The notes below the pieces were generated by a model, which was given only the letters and a program-made list of their open reading frames with translations, was not told where the DNA came from and did not search any database. Positions 8,097 to 17,828 of a DNA stretch of 64,000 nt are shown here, one piece after another. The position numbers were made by a program, and so were the translations under genes. Each line of letters begins with the position of its first letter. Positions within the stretch are counted from its first letter, which is position 1. The stretch covers positions 32,001-96,000 of IMG/VR virus record IMGVR_UViG_3300020577_012633. One strand, given 5' to 3'. Source of the stretch: a virus. Its lineage: Duplodnaviria > Caudoviricetes.

Positions 8097-9041
8097 TTAG
8101 CTCCTAGAAGCTTTTACTACAGAAGCCATGCCGACAGCAACAAAAACAAGAACCGCAATAACCACAACAATCACTACGATTACGCCAAACGGAGTTTCAG
8201 AATATGGAGAAGGTCCGTAGTAGTATCCTTTTTGACTCATAAGTCGATCTCTTACAACCGCATCAGCCAAAGCATTATATAGTATGAATGAAGAACCATC
8301 CCAATATCCATATCCTCCATACTTCTGATTGTAAACAACGTTATAGCTGGTAGGTGAAGAACCTGTACTAGTTGACGGAGTGTATGTATTGGGTATATAG
8401 TTTGGTCTAGCTTTAGGCTCTTCCTTGAACGAAGTTTTGAATTCTTGAGCATATTTTGAAGAGAAAGATGCAACTGCTTTTTCTCTATCAGGGAAGGTAT
8501 TACCGCTTTTCTTTGCTCTATCATAAAGAGCTTTGTCAGCATCGCTCATTTTCGGAGCAGATGAAGATTTAGTTGAAGAATTCCTGCCACTACTATAGGC
8601 GTTACTTGGGGGAGGTCTTGGTCTTGTTTCGCCAGATAGTGCTGTTGCAGTTGGCTTTGGCGTACTCTTAGGAATAGATACATTTGAATTGCGACCGCTA
8701 CTGGTTGCATTATTCTTTGGAGCAGAAGGCAATGAAATCTCTGAAGGCTTACTTGGTTTGTTTGCAGGTTTAGTTACATTTGCACTAGAAGGTTTTGAAG
8801 CAGAAGAATTTCTACCAGAAGAAATAGCTGGACTATAAGGCTTAGATGACGGCTTGCTTACAGTCCTGGCTGGGCTTTTTGACGGAGTTGAAGGTTTAGA
8901 AGAAGGTCTAGATACAGATCTAGAAGGGCTTCCGCCTCTACTTCCTCTCTGCGCAAAAGCAGAATCAGTTAAAGAAAGAACAAAAACAATAGAGAAAAGT
9001 ATTGTGATCCATCTTTGGAAATTTCTTTTTCTATTAAACAC
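8097..9041 (-). CDS. membrane-anchored protein with Ser/Pro/Lys-rich low-complexity region
   Basis: Signal peptide (SAFA), repeated SKPS and SSGRNS units, YGGYGYW motif, C-terminal TM helix. Confidence 0.8.
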   Translation of the reverse strand: MFNRKRNFQRWITILFSIVFVLSLTDSAFAQRGSRGGSPSRSVSRPSSKPSTPSKSPARTVSKPSSKPYSPAISSGRNSSASKPSSANVTKPANKPSKPSEISLPSAPKNNATSSGRNSNVSIPKSTPKPTATALSGETRPRPPPSNAYSSGRNSSTKSSSAPKMSDADKALYDRAKKSGNTFPDREKAVASFSSKYAQEFKTSFKEEPKARPNYIPNTYTPSTSTGSSPTSYNVVYNQKYGGYGYWDGSSFILYNALADAVVRDRLMSQKGYYYGPSPYSETPFGVIVVIVVVIAVLVFVAVGMASVVKASRS

Positions 9042-9282
9042 TTTTTGCCTTTCTTGACCCGATCATTGCAGCAAGATCGAGACTTTGTGCTAACAATCGA
9101 GCGCATTCTTTCTTTGACGCTTTATTTTCTTTGCTATCGAATACGTCAAAGTAAGCACGAATAGCATCACGAATAGTTTTTGCTTTCTTGCGCTTTGATA
9201 GACCAGAAACGATAGCTTTGAAGTCTTGTTTTTTTGAATCTAAATTATTTTTTGGCATAAGCCCTCTTTTCGGTAAGCACAA
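9034..9282 (-). CDS. hypothetical protein
   Basis: Small basic ORF filling the operon gap. Confidence 0.55.
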   Translation of the reverse strand: MCLPKRGLMPKNNLDSKKQDFKAIVSGLSKRKKAKTIRDAIRAYFDVFDSKENKASKKECARLLAQSLDLAAMIGSRKAKSV

Positions 9283-9292
9283 GTATACTCAA

Positions 9293-10843
9293 TCAAGTAG
9301 CACTTGTAAGCTCTTTTAGTTCGGCATTCTTTCGTACTGCATCGAACATCCAATCGACAAGAATATCACCATCACGGAAGACCTCAGACAATAGGTCTCC
9401 AGATTCGTATTTTGAAGCATCTGCAAGTGGAACAGTTTTATGTTCTCCGTTTTCCAGAACAAGAGCCAATTGGCCTCTCTTGCTATTTTTCTTCGGGTCT
9501 GTCTTAGGCCTCTTGAATACTTCACGACCTTGGCCATCAAGGACAGCCCAGCAAGCTTTGAATGCAAAAGAAAACGTGTCTCTATTTACTTTTTGCAACA
9601 AGCCGCCGCCAGATCCAAAAGCGATATTCTCTACAGACCATCCAGCCTTGATAATAGCATCAAGGATATCTTTATGAGAAAAAACATTTACACCATCACC
9701 CTGGATAACTCTAACTTTATCATTCAGGATCTTGTATCCTTTATTGTTTGTTCGATATCCGAATTTGGAACCAATAGCTTCAAGAACCATAGGAACAATA
9801 ACAACCGGATCTCCAGAGTCCGGTCTAACGACCAGAACTCCGTTTCTATTAAGAACTTGATCCTTTAGTTTATTGCCCCAGATTTCTGTGATGCAATTGA
9901 AAAGATCAAATGAATCGCTGACGCAAGCAACAAATCCATCAGGGAATTCCTTAAGCAAGCTTTCACAAACTTGAGCTTCTCCCTCAGGACCGCGAATTGT
10001 CATTTGAGAATGTTCGGTTGCTGGAATGCTAAAACCAGGCATATGCTTGGCGTAGAAAGCATCCCACAATTCATAAGAACGATCATAATTCCACTCTTCA
10101 TCAGTCGAAGATGAATCATAATGGAAAATTTCTCTAAACTCATTTCCAGCATAGAATTGAGTAATCAATTCTACACCAACCGTAGTATCTGTTCCTGCAA
10201 AGTTCACCAAGTGAGCAGCACCGGATAGAGCAGCAGTCTCAGGAGAAGATACCCCTCGGAAACCAAAATCATGAACTCTTGAAGGCATAATCGCCTTAAT
10301 AAGAGCATCATCATCCATCGTTTCCTTCATTGCGACATACTGGTTTTTCTTCATTGCGCGAGACAAAGAAGCAACAGTAATCGTATTCCAAACTTCAACA
10401 AGAATAGTTTCCAAGAAATTAGTTAGCCAAGCGCATTCTTTATCAGTATTTTCAATAGTCATCATTACATGGCCAGTTTTCATAACTGTGCCTTCAGCAA
10501 CGGCCTTAATAGAAGCAGGAAGACGGCCTCCATGTTTCTCAATAATGTATTTCCATCCGTTTTCGTTAAAGAGACCATCAACTCCGTAGAAATGATGCTT
10601 GCAGAAAGCTCGAATTCTGGGAAGATCTCTATAAGTAACTACCTGACCAACAAGATATCGTTTGATAAAATACTGCAAACCAAAGAAGCAGGTTTCGTCG
10701 GAAAAATCAGAATCAGAACGCGCTTCCAAATAAGAATAAACCTTCGTCAAGCCTTTCGGCTTAAATCTCCAGTGAGTCAGCTTATAGCTGTCAGTCATAT
10801 TAGCTGCACAGATTTCGAGAAGTTGCGCCATCTTGTTGAACAT
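9293..10843 (-). CDS. nadV: nicotinamide phosphoribosyltransferase (NAMPT/NadV)
   Basis: TDSYKLTH, FFGLQY, HDFGFRGVSS, AHLVNFAGTDT, SIPATEHS, VSDSFD, VRPDSGDP, IQGDG, FGSGGGLLQKVNRDT, KNSKRG. Confidence 0.96.
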   Translation of the reverse strand: MFNKMAQLLEICAANMTDSYKLTHWRFKPKGLTKVYSYLEARSDSDFSDETCFFGLQYFIKRYLVGQVVTYRDLPRIRAFCKHHFYGVDGLFNENGWKYIIEKHGGRLPASIKAVAEGTVMKTGHVMMTIENTDKECAWLTNFLETILVEVWNTITVASLSRAMKKNQYVAMKETMDDDALIKAIMPSRVHDFGFRGVSSPETAALSGAAHLVNFAGTDTTVGVELITQFYAGNEFREIFHYDSSSTDEEWNYDRSYELWDAFYAKHMPGFSIPATEHSQMTIRGPEGEAQVCESLLKEFPDGFVACVSDSFDLFNCITEIWGNKLKDQVLNRNGVLVVRPDSGDPVVIVPMVLEAIGSKFGYRTNNKGYKILNDKVRVIQGDGVNVFSHKDILDAIIKAGWSVENIAFGSGGGLLQKVNRDTFSFAFKACWAVLDGQGREVFKRPKTDPKKNSKRGQLALVLENGEHKTVPLADASKYESGDLLSEVFRDGDILVDWMFDAVRKNAELKELTSAT

Positions 10844-10868
10844 TTTTCTTTATCCCTTATCGAAAGCC

Positions 10869-11876
10869 TTATTCGCCGGTTGCGTCATAGTCGCCGCACA
10901 TAAAGTCATCTGAAATGCACTTCAGTATAACTCTACCAATTTTCTCATCCAGTCTTTCTTTTACTGGACGAGTTACATTACCTTCTCTGATATGGTTTGC
11001 CCCATTAATCAAAGAATTTCCCTTGCTTAGTTCAATAATTTTTGCAAGACTGAACGGTCCTCTATACAATACTGGTACTATTTCTACTCCGCATGAAAAA
11101 GCCAATTGGCAAGTAGTATCCCAATCAAGATAAGAACCATCAATCATTATATCAAAAAGTCTAAAGCCTTTCGTTTCGGAAAGACCATAACGCATTTTCT
11201 TTTGAGTACCGTAAAGTTCTCCAAAAATAACAATTTGGCTTCTCGGGTCTCTTGCAAGCAAGCTACCAGCAAGAAGATTTATTTCAGGAGTTGACCAAGG
11301 AAGCCAGTGTGTAGATCCATCAATATTTTTACGCTGAACAGTCCTTCCACCAGCTACTTTTTCCCAATTTCCTTCTTCATTTAGAATAAGCCCAAGCCGG
11401 CAATTTTTGCCATGTATTTTTTCAGTAACAATAACTTCTTCATCATCTTTGAAGACTGCTGGGAAATTGCGAATATTTTCAATATCAGTATAAGTAGAAA
11501 AGAAAGGATTGCTAGGCATAGCATCCTTATCTCTAGAATCAAATGGAGGCTGATATCTGGTAATTCCAAGTTGATCTGCTACGTTGTCTCCTTCAGAGCC
11601 AACAGGATCAATAATAAGTCCAAAAGAAGGCTCATTACGGAGTCTCTTTGGGATTACTCTTCCGTTACTTAGCAATTTAGAAACACCAAGTTTTTCTGCT
11701 AGTTCAATCGGGATTATGGAATCTGGAGGAATGTATGTAACCAAATCTCCAGATTTATAGTTCCCTTTTTGTACGCAGCATTGCCAACCACCAACAACTG
11801 CCAGATCCAAACGATCTGCATTCGGGTGTGGAGAGACTTTTGTTATTTTGCAAGTCTTTACAATCGTGCTGCTCAT
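10869..11876 (-). CDS. RNA ligase, DRB0094-like family with N-terminal OB fold
   Basis: HPNADRL N-terminus, motif I TEKIHG, FGELYG, FRLFDI, REGNV, RVILK. Confidence 0.9.
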   Translation of the reverse strand: MSSTIVKTCKITKVSPHPNADRLDLAVVGGWQCCVQKGNYKSGDLVTYIPPDSIIPIELAEKLGVSKLLSNGRVIPKRLRNEPSFGLIIDPVGSEGDNVADQLGITRYQPPFDSRDKDAMPSNPFFSTYTDIENIRNFPAVFKDDEEVIVTEKIHGKNCRLGLILNEEGNWEKVAGGRTVQRKNIDGSTHWLPWSTPEINLLAGSLLARDPRSQIVIFGELYGTQKKMRYGLSETKGFRLFDIMIDGSYLDWDTTCQLAFSCGVEIVPVLYRGPFSLAKIIELSKGNSLINGANHIREGNVTRPVKERLDEKIGRVILKCISDDFMCGDYDATGE

Positions 11877-11896
11877 GTTTTATATGTCCCTTCAAG

Positions 11897-11906
11897 AAGT
11901 CTAGAG
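11897..11906 (-). promoter_or_regulatory. CTCTAGACTT motif (copy 2)
   Basis: 20 nt upstream of the RNA ligase start. Confidence 0.6.
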
Positions 11907-11912
11907 TAGATT

Positions 11913-13382
11913 TCAGACAGACGAGTTTTTTGGCCTCATAAACGGGAAAGCAATTACATCTCTTACACTGGTCTGCCCAGTGAATATCATGACCAATCTA
12001 TCAATTCCAATTCCAAGACCTCCAGTTGGAGGCATACCAACCTTCAATGCTTCGATAAAATCATCATCCATAGTTCGATGAGTTGATTCTTCGTCATCAT
12101 TCGATACCTGGTTTGAAAAGACTTCGTGTTGTATTTTTGGATCATTTTGTTCTGTATAGATAGTGCCTATTTCCATTCCTCCAATGAAAAGATCAGCACG
12201 TTGAGCAAATAGCGGCTGCTCAATAATAGCTTTTGTAAGAGGAGAAATAGCGCATGGATAACCATAAACAAATGTCGGAATTGTTGGATCAATCAAAGGT
12301 TCCGCCAATTGTTCAAATCTTTTATTTGCAGAAATCAAATCATCTGCATCTTCTTGAATATTTCTTCCTGTTGCTTTCTTATATAGATGAGAATATGCAA
12401 CAACTTGGAATTTTTCATGCAAATTGATTTTATGACCATTATATTCAAAAATAAGATCATTTACTGGATCTTCAGATCTAATAATAGAAGCAACTGACCT
12501 TATTATTGTTTCTACCATAACCATTAAAGTAGAAGCATTATGGGAAGTAGAATAAGCTTCAAGTGCTGTGAACTCAGGATTGTGAGTTGCATCAATCCCC
12601 TCATTTCTGAAATTTCGATTAATCTCAAAAACATTATTCATTCCGCCAACAATCAATTTCTTCAAGTAAAGTTCGGGAGCGACTCTAAGAAAAAGAGGAA
12701 TACCAAGGGCATTCAAATGAGTTTGGAAAGGACGAGCAGCAGCTCCTCCTGCTATAGAATGCAGCATTGGAGTTTCAACTTCAGTGAAGTTTATTTCCTC
12801 AAATTCTTTGCGAAAAAGATTTATGATTTTGGAACGGGTCTTTAAAACGTTGATAAATTCGCTATTAAAAGCCATATCAAGGTAACGCTGGCGATACCTT
12901 GTTTCTACATCTTGAATTCCTGCATGCTTATCTGGAGGGTGCGACAAGCTCTTGCATGCAATAGTTACGCCATGCGCCCAAATAGTTATTTCTTGGGTTT
13001 TTGTTCTACGGATATTTCCCTGAACAGTTATAATATCTCCAAGATCAAGAAGCTTTGCAAGCTGAAATGTTTTTTCGTTAATTACATCTTTCTTACTAAT
13101 AGCAACCTGTATCTCTCCGCTTTCGTCTCTAATTTTAAGCCATATAAGACCGCCATTATCCCTTAAAAGAACAATGCGACCTTGAGCAATAGGCTTTCTA
13201 TCCTGTATATTATTAGATGATATCTGATCAGGTGTTAAAGAAGATTCAATTGAAGTAAATTGAGCAATAATTGACTTTATTGAATCAATTCCTTGAATGA
13301 CCCTGCCATAAGGATCAAAGCCAAGATCAACGATTTTAGATAGCCGATCTTGCCTTACTTTTTCCAGATCAGTGAGATTCAT
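11913..13382 (-). CDS. lysS: lysyl-tRNA synthetase (class II)
   Basis: OB anticodon-binding domain, RYRQRYLD, GGAAARPF, LRVAPELYLK, FRNEGIDATHNPEF, GMPPTGGLGIGIDRL. Confidence 0.97.
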   Translation of the reverse strand: MNLTDLEKVRQDRLSKIVDLGFDPYGRVIQGIDSIKSIIAQFTSIESSLTPDQISSNNIQDRKPIAQGRIVLLRDNGGLIWLKIRDESGEIQVAISKKDVINEKTFQLAKLLDLGDIITVQGNIRRTKTQEITIWAHGVTIACKSLSHPPDKHAGIQDVETRYRQRYLDMAFNSEFINVLKTRSKIINLFRKEFEEINFTEVETPMLHSIAGGAAARPFQTHLNALGIPLFLRVAPELYLKKLIVGGMNNVFEINRNFRNEGIDATHNPEFTALEAYSTSHNASTLMVMVETIIRSVASIIRSEDPVNDLIFEYNGHKINLHEKFQVVAYSHLYKKATGRNIQEDADDLISANKRFEQLAEPLIDPTIPTFVYGYPCAISPLTKAIIEQPLFAQRADLFIGGMEIGTIYTEQNDPKIQHEVFSNQVSNDDEESTHRTMDDDFIEALKVGMPPTGGLGIGIDRLVMIFTGQTSVRDVIAFPFMRPKNSSV

Positions 13383-13611
13383 GATTTTCCTTAGCCCTTC
13401 TCTTTTCTAGTCTTTCTGCTTCTTTTTTATGATATTCAATAATGTATACAGAAAGAGTTATGATAAATAAAATGATACCAGCAAGACCAATCAATCCAAA
13501 TATGCATAGCAAAATGAAAGAATCAAATTCTATTGAGAATCCGTTTGGACAGATCATCTGAAATATATGTTCTTTTTCCATAAAAATCCAGGCAAGTTTA
13601 AACGTGTTCAC
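13369..13611 (-). CDS. hypothetical membrane protein
   Basis: Single hydrophobic helix. Confidence 0.55.
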   Translation of the reverse strand: MNTFKLAWIFMEKEHIFQMICPNGFSIEFDSFILLCIFGLIGLAGIILFIITLSVYIIEYHKKEAERLEKRRAKENHESH

Positions 13612-13951
13612 AAAGAATTAATTCATTCATTGTTTTTTCAAATTCTTTATCTGTTTCGGAAATCAAATCATTACAATGAATTTGCATAAAAGATCGACCA
13701 TTTTCAATAATTTTAAGTATATCCTGATTTTTGCCAAATAAGGCTTTCAAAAATCTTTCATGGTTGCCTTTGCTGACTTTCTTTATTTCTTTTCCATTAC
13801 TGTCAAAGCCTTGGAATTTATAACCAGAATTAAGCATTGCTTTAATGGTAATTCGAATTGAATCGCCAAACCTTTTAGCAGGACTTTTGCCAAAAGAAGC
13901 GTAAACGCAAGCATCGAATTCATTATTATTGAGGTAATCGCTTAGTGGCAT
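13598..13951 (-). CDS. hypothetical protein
   Basis: Operon-packed ORF. Confidence 0.65.
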   Translation of the reverse strand: MPLSDYLNNNEFDACVYASFGKSPAKRFGDSIRITIKAMLNSGYKFQGFDSNGKEIKKVSKGNHERFLKALFGKNQDILKIIENGRSFMQIHCNDLISETDKEFEKTMNELILCEHV

Positions 13952-13953
13952 AT

Positions 13954-14301
13954 TTATCCTTCAACGAATTGCTTTTTGATCTTGTCGTATTGCTCTATCA
14001 TTGGAACAATAGTTTTCCACTCTGTATCAGTAAGAGTTTGACAAGAAAAGAAACATGGATATCCGTTGATTGACATTGGACCAGCTTTGTTTATGTCTTC
14101 AAACAAGACTGTTACTTTTTCAGAGACCAGTTTGTCGAGATCTTTTTTCTCCATAAAAGTCAACACCATAAACACACTGTTAAGCATGCTTTTTTGCTCT
14201 GATGGACGAATTTGCATAGAACAAAAAATATTGCCGTCAGCAATGCCAACAGCAATCTTTTTTAATTCTTCAACTGGTCTATCTTTTCTTTCATCAGACA
14301 T
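13954..14301 (-). CDS. hypothetical protein
   Basis: Operon-packed ORF, AGPMSINGYPCFFS. Confidence 0.7.
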   Translation of the reverse strand: MSDERKDRPVEELKKIAVGIADGNIFCSMQIRPSEQKSMLNSVFMVLTFMEKKDLDKLVSEKVTVLFEDINKAGPMSINGYPCFFSCQTLTDTEWKTIVPMIEQYDKIKKQFVEG

Positions 14302-14314
14302 AAACTCTTCCGAG

Positions 14315-14668
14315 TTACAGATCTAGTTCAGGATTATGTTTTTCACCATGACAATTACTGCATAGCAAATCGCATTTATCCAATTCTTCTATTATTCTTT
14401 TCCAGCTTCTCAACCTCATCTTTGTCCAATCAAAGTCCTTAGTTTTAGGATCTCTGTGATGAAATTCTAAGGTTCCGTAATTTTTACAGTATCCGCAAAT
14501 CTGGCACTTGCCGCCTTTATAATTTACTGCATCTTTTTTCCTTTGAATCCATCTTTGGACGCAGTATTCATTAAAGCAGTTCTTACAAAGACTATTCTTT
14601 CTATCAGCTCTTTTTTCGTAAAAATATGAATCTTCTTTTTCTACCAAACATTTGGAACAGTTTTTCAT
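14315..14668 (-). CDS. HNH endonuclease
   Basis: CxxC pairs, GGKCQICGY, LEFHHRDP, KCDLLCSNCH; next to a tRNA gene. Confidence 0.88.
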   Translation of the reverse strand: MKNCSKCLVEKEDSYFYEKRADRKNSLCKNCFNEYCVQRWIQRKKDAVNYKGGKCQICGYCKNYGTLEFHHRDPKTKDFDWTKMRLRSWKRIIEELDKCDLLCSNCHGEKHNPELDL

Positions 14669-14730
14669 AAATCACCTCATAGAAGTGATTACGAACAAAC
14701 TGCTTAGAAATCCTCTTTCTATTCCAAAAA

Positions 14731-14804
14731 TATCCCCGACAGGACTCGAACCTGTGACTTTCGGTTTAGAAAACCGATGCTCTATCCAACTGAGCTACGG
14801 GGAC
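14731..14804 (-). tRNA. tRNA-Arg(TCT)
   Basis: GTCCCCG/CGGGGAT acceptor, anticodon arm TCGGT-TTTCTAA-ACCGA, T arm ACAGG-TTCGAGT-CCTGT; CCA not encoded. Confidence 0.95.
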
Positions 14805-14812
14805 AAATTATA

Positions 14813-14840
14813 CTGCTCTATCCAACTGAGCTACCGGGAC
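14813..14840 (-). repeat. 28-bp tRNA 5'-fragment direct repeat, copy 1
   Basis: GTCCCGGTAGCTCAGTTGGATAGAGCAG, identical to 15060-15087. Confidence 0.9.
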
Positions 14841-14845
14841 TCTTT

Positions 14846-15058
14846 TTACTTTTTGCTTTGTTCATACAGCCGTCTAATTACGGCTGCGTTAAGACTTTGA
14901 GAACAATATCCTCCCGTTAAATCCCGAATGGTTGGATGTTCTATCGTTATACCTTCCTGATGAATTTTATCCAAATTCTTTTTAGCTTCTACTGGTGTCA
15001 TTTTTGCGATTTTAGCAGCATAACGCCTTCGCACCGTTGTTAGTTCTGATTCTTTCAT
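14846..15058 (-). CDS. hypothetical protein between the tRNA-fragment repeats
   Basis: 70 aa ORF whose ATG directly follows repeat copy 2. Confidence 0.55.
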   Translation of the reverse strand: MKESELTTVRRRYAAKIAKMTPVEAKKNLDKIHQEGITIEHPTIRDLTGGYCSQSLNAAVIRRLYEQSKK

Positions 15059-15059
15059 G

Positions 15060-15087
15060 CTGCTCTATCCAACTGAGCTACCGGGAC
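15060..15087 (-). repeat. 28-bp tRNA 5'-fragment direct repeat, copy 2
   Basis: Identical to 14813-14840. Confidence 0.9.
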
Positions 15088-15267
15088 AAATGTTATTGAT
15101 TATTTTTTCTTTTCAAGGCTTTTTTCAAGGATCTTTATCATTTCTTTTTTGACTTTAATCCTTTTTTCCATATTACGGACTTCATCCTTGAACATTTTTA
15201 GCCAAAATTTTCTTTGCGGCTTACTGGCTCTTTTTATCAGCTTTTCCATATATTATTACGGTCGCAA

Positions 15268-15277
15268 AAGTCTAGAG
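15268..15277 (-). promoter_or_regulatory. CTCTAGACTT motif (copy 3)
   Basis: Upstream of a short ORF and the tRNA-fragment/tRNA-Arg region. Confidence 0.6.
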
Positions 15278-15318
15278 TCGATTTCATGACACTCTCAACC
15301 ACAAAACATGAATACATT

Positions 15319-15906
15319 CTAGCATGCATTTCGATTTTGACTAGAGAAAATGTGCTTTTTACGAAACTCCTGTTTCTTCAAAACAAATTGATCAGGTTTC
15401 CATCTTTTAGACCATTTCTGATAGTCTTGCTCAGAATTAAGCCATGTAATTCCTAATTGTTTTCTCAATGATGCTAAAGTCATATTTTGATAATTTTCAA
15501 AAGCAAAAGAAGAAAGATCTCTAACTCTTGATTTATGTGAAAGAATAAAGCCTCTTGCAAATTGCAGTAAATGGCGACTATCTAATCTGTAATTTTTAGG
15601 ATAGAACCAGGTTGTTAACCACATAAAGAATAGAGCTGATTTTCTGGTTAGTCTAGTATCGCTACCCATAGTAAAACCAATAACAAAAGCTTCATCCAGA
15701 GGATGAAATGAAGAGCAAGTTATAGCATGAATACAATCGTGTCTAAAAAGAGAAATTGCACCTGGAAATGCTATGGGGCTTTTTGGATTTTCAAGAAGCC
15801 ATATTTGCCAAGGAATTTTATCAGGAGTTACTCTTGGCATCTTAGCCAGAATATTCCCTAAAGTTTCCTGAGGATCGAGTTTAGGTTTCCATTCTTTCCA
15901 GTGCAT
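15319..15906 (-). CDS. Coq4-like HDxxH...E metal-binding protein
   Basis: RHDCIHAI-x7-DEAFVIGFTMG. Confidence 0.5.
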   Translation of the reverse strand: MHWKEWKPKLDPQETLGNILAKMPRVTPDKIPWQIWLLENPKSPIAFPGAISLFRHDCIHAITCSSFHPLDEAFVIGFTMGSDTRLTRKSALFFMWLTTWFYPKNYRLDSRHLLQFARGFILSHKSRVRDLSSFAFENYQNMTLASLRKQLGITWLNSEQDYQKWSKRWKPDQFVLKKQEFRKKHIFSSQNRNAC

Positions 15907-15917
15907 TGTTTGAAACC

Positions 15918-16331
15918 TTAAACAGAACTTGGCCCAATTATCTTGATTATTTCTAATCTGTTTTCTTCAACTTTTATTTCTACTTCTATTCCTTGTTCGC
16001 CATTATCTACAGCATTCTCAAGCAATTCTTTAAGATTATTAACAATATTGTGATCTCCCTGGCCTCGCATAGAAATACAAATGTATCCACATTCATTACT
16101 TATTAGTGCTTTCATTTTGACAGTTGACGTATTGACCAGCTTTTTCCCGCACCAAGGACAAAAACTAATCCCAATAGAGCTATCTCCTCCATCCCTAACA
16201 GGAAGGCCAAAACCACTACTATTTTGAACAACAACAAAATCAGGACAATTTATTTTATTAAGATGCTTTTCGCATTTTCCGCTAAGTTGTTCATTCATCA
16301 TTTCACAACAAGCGGTTATTTGAACTGTCAT
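15918..16331 (-). CDS. Cys-rich protein (DUF6980-like)
   Basis: CCEMM..CPD..GLPVRDGG..ISFCPWCG. Confidence 0.6.
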   Translation of the reverse strand: MTVQITACCEMMNEQLSGKCEKHLNKINCPDFVVVQNSSGFGLPVRDGGDSSIGISFCPWCGKKLVNTSTVKMKALISNECGYICISMRGQGDHNIVNNLKELLENAVDNGEQGIEVEIKVEENRLEIIKIIGPSSV

Positions 16332-16385
16332 TGTAATCTTACTCCGTTATTCTAATGAAATAGAAATGACGTACAATTATGGGTT

Positions 16386-16844
16386 TTATTTGTTTATAAT
16401 TTTAAAAGTAAATTTTTCAACTAGTGTTTCAACATCTTCTCTTATATGATTTTTACGAATATCATGTTTTTCTCTTTTAAATAACTCTATAGGACATATT
16501 GTTTCTTTAGGATTTTCATCAAACCATTTAATGCAATGAAAAATACTCTTTTCTGCAACTTCTCTAAGCATTTTTTCTGGAATATTTTTACTAAAAGGTT
16601 GGTCCTCTCCTGTAATCCATATATTAGTTATTTTATTACTATCTACGCTGTACCGTATATCAATGTCTCTTGCTATTTCAATAGCAGCTTGCTGAGAATC
16701 TGGAACAGATAAACTGGTTAATCCATACTTTTCAAAAAGTTCATTTGTTGCTATTGTGTAATCTAGTCCAATATATTTTTCTAAAAATTGATTATTTATT
16801 TCTGGATTTTTCATTTCATAATTCCTCAATAAAAATGATGCCAA
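16386..16844 (-). CDS. hypothetical protein
   Basis: 152 aa ORF. Confidence 0.6.
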   Translation of the reverse strand: MASFLLRNYEMKNPEINNQFLEKYIGLDYTIATNELFEKYGLTSLSVPDSQQAAIEIARDIDIRYSVDSNKITNIWITGEDQPFSKNIPEKMLREVAEKSIFHCIKWFDENPKETICPIELFKREKHDIRKNHIREDVETLVEKFTFKIINK

Positions 16845-16861
16845 TAATAGGCATCATTTAT

Positions 16862-17071
16862 TTATGGTTTTTCACATTTTGGGCAATACCAGTATCCGCA
16901 TTCTGGTCCAGCTTCAAGTATCAAATCCAAATTGTGTCTTTTGCATTTTCCTGCATATCTATCTCTTCTAAAAGCGATAAGTATCACAGCAAAAATCAAT
17001 AAACAAGTATATATGTCCATAAAATTTCCTAATATAAGTATTATTTTATCGACAGTATTTAGATACTCCAA
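16862..17071 (-). CDS. small membrane protein with Cys motif
   Basis: TM helix followed by CGYWYCPKC. Confidence 0.45.
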   Translation of the reverse strand: MEYLNTVDKIILILGNFMDIYTCLLIFAVILIAFRRDRYAGKCKRHNLDLILEAGPECGYWYCPKCEKP

Positions 17072-17826
17072 TGAACAAAATGGACAATTGATACTCCATC
17101 AGGGAGAATGTCTTTTACCTTTTTAGAAGAATCCATCACAAGAGGTTGCTCATTTAAAGCAAGTGTTGATTTGAACTTATTCAGTCCGCCTTCAACAATT
17201 TTGTCTTGGATATTCTGAGGCTTTCCTTGCGCCTTTTTAATAAAGAATTCGCGCTCATTTTGAATAAGACTATCAGGAACTTCCTCAGGCGTAATACAAA
17301 TAGGAGAAGGAGTAGTTGCAACGATATGCATAGCAATGGACTTTTTTACATCATCGCTAACTTTTCCTGAAAACAAAACAATCGAAGCTGTCTTTCGATT
17401 GTGATGAATGTAAAAAGATCCATCAGAAGCTTGAATAGTTTTATTTTCAAATTCTCTGACTACTATATTTTCTCCTGTAGAAGATCGAAGATCCTTTATA
17501 ATTGAATCATCAATTTCAGGACATTCTACAAGCTGTTGACAACCAGATATAACAGTTTGATTATTTGCAGAAAAATCTGTTTCCGTACCAATCTTGACTA
17601 TACAATATCTTATGTTACCAATTCCATATTCCAGATTAACAGCAATAAGTCCCTCTGAGCCATTATCTGGTTTTGTGGTATCAAGACTACCAAGTCTTTC
17701 ACGAAGAAGCTTTTTAGCTATATCAAAGTCGCCATTAGCGTCAATTAAAGCCTGTTTGCAATCAAGCATTGGACAATTGGTTTGAGAACGTAAATCTTTA
17801 ACGGAAAGTGCTGTGATGGTTGACAT
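17059..17826 (-). CDS. tsf: translation elongation factor Ts
   Basis: VKDLRSQTNCPMLDCKQAL, EGLI, ETDFSA, GENI, IAMHIVA, GKPQNIQDKIVEG, LNEQP. Confidence 0.95.
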   Translation of the reverse strand: MSTITALSVKDLRSQTNCPMLDCKQALIDANGDFDIAKKLLRERLGSLDTTKPDNGSEGLIAVNLEYGIGNIRYCIVKIGTETDFSANNQTVISGCQQLVECPEIDDSIIKDLRSSTGENIVVREFENKTIQASDGSFYIHHNRKTASIVLFSGKVSDDVKKSIAMHIVATTPSPICITPEEVPDSLIQNEREFFIKKAQGKPQNIQDKIVEGGLNKFKSTLALNEQPLVMDSSKKVKDILPDGVSIVHFVHWSI

Positions 17827-17828
17827 TT

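Noticed and set aside
14731-15087. CRISPR mini-array
   Set aside because: The repeats are tRNA sequence, spacing is irregular (8 and 219 nt) and there are no cas genes
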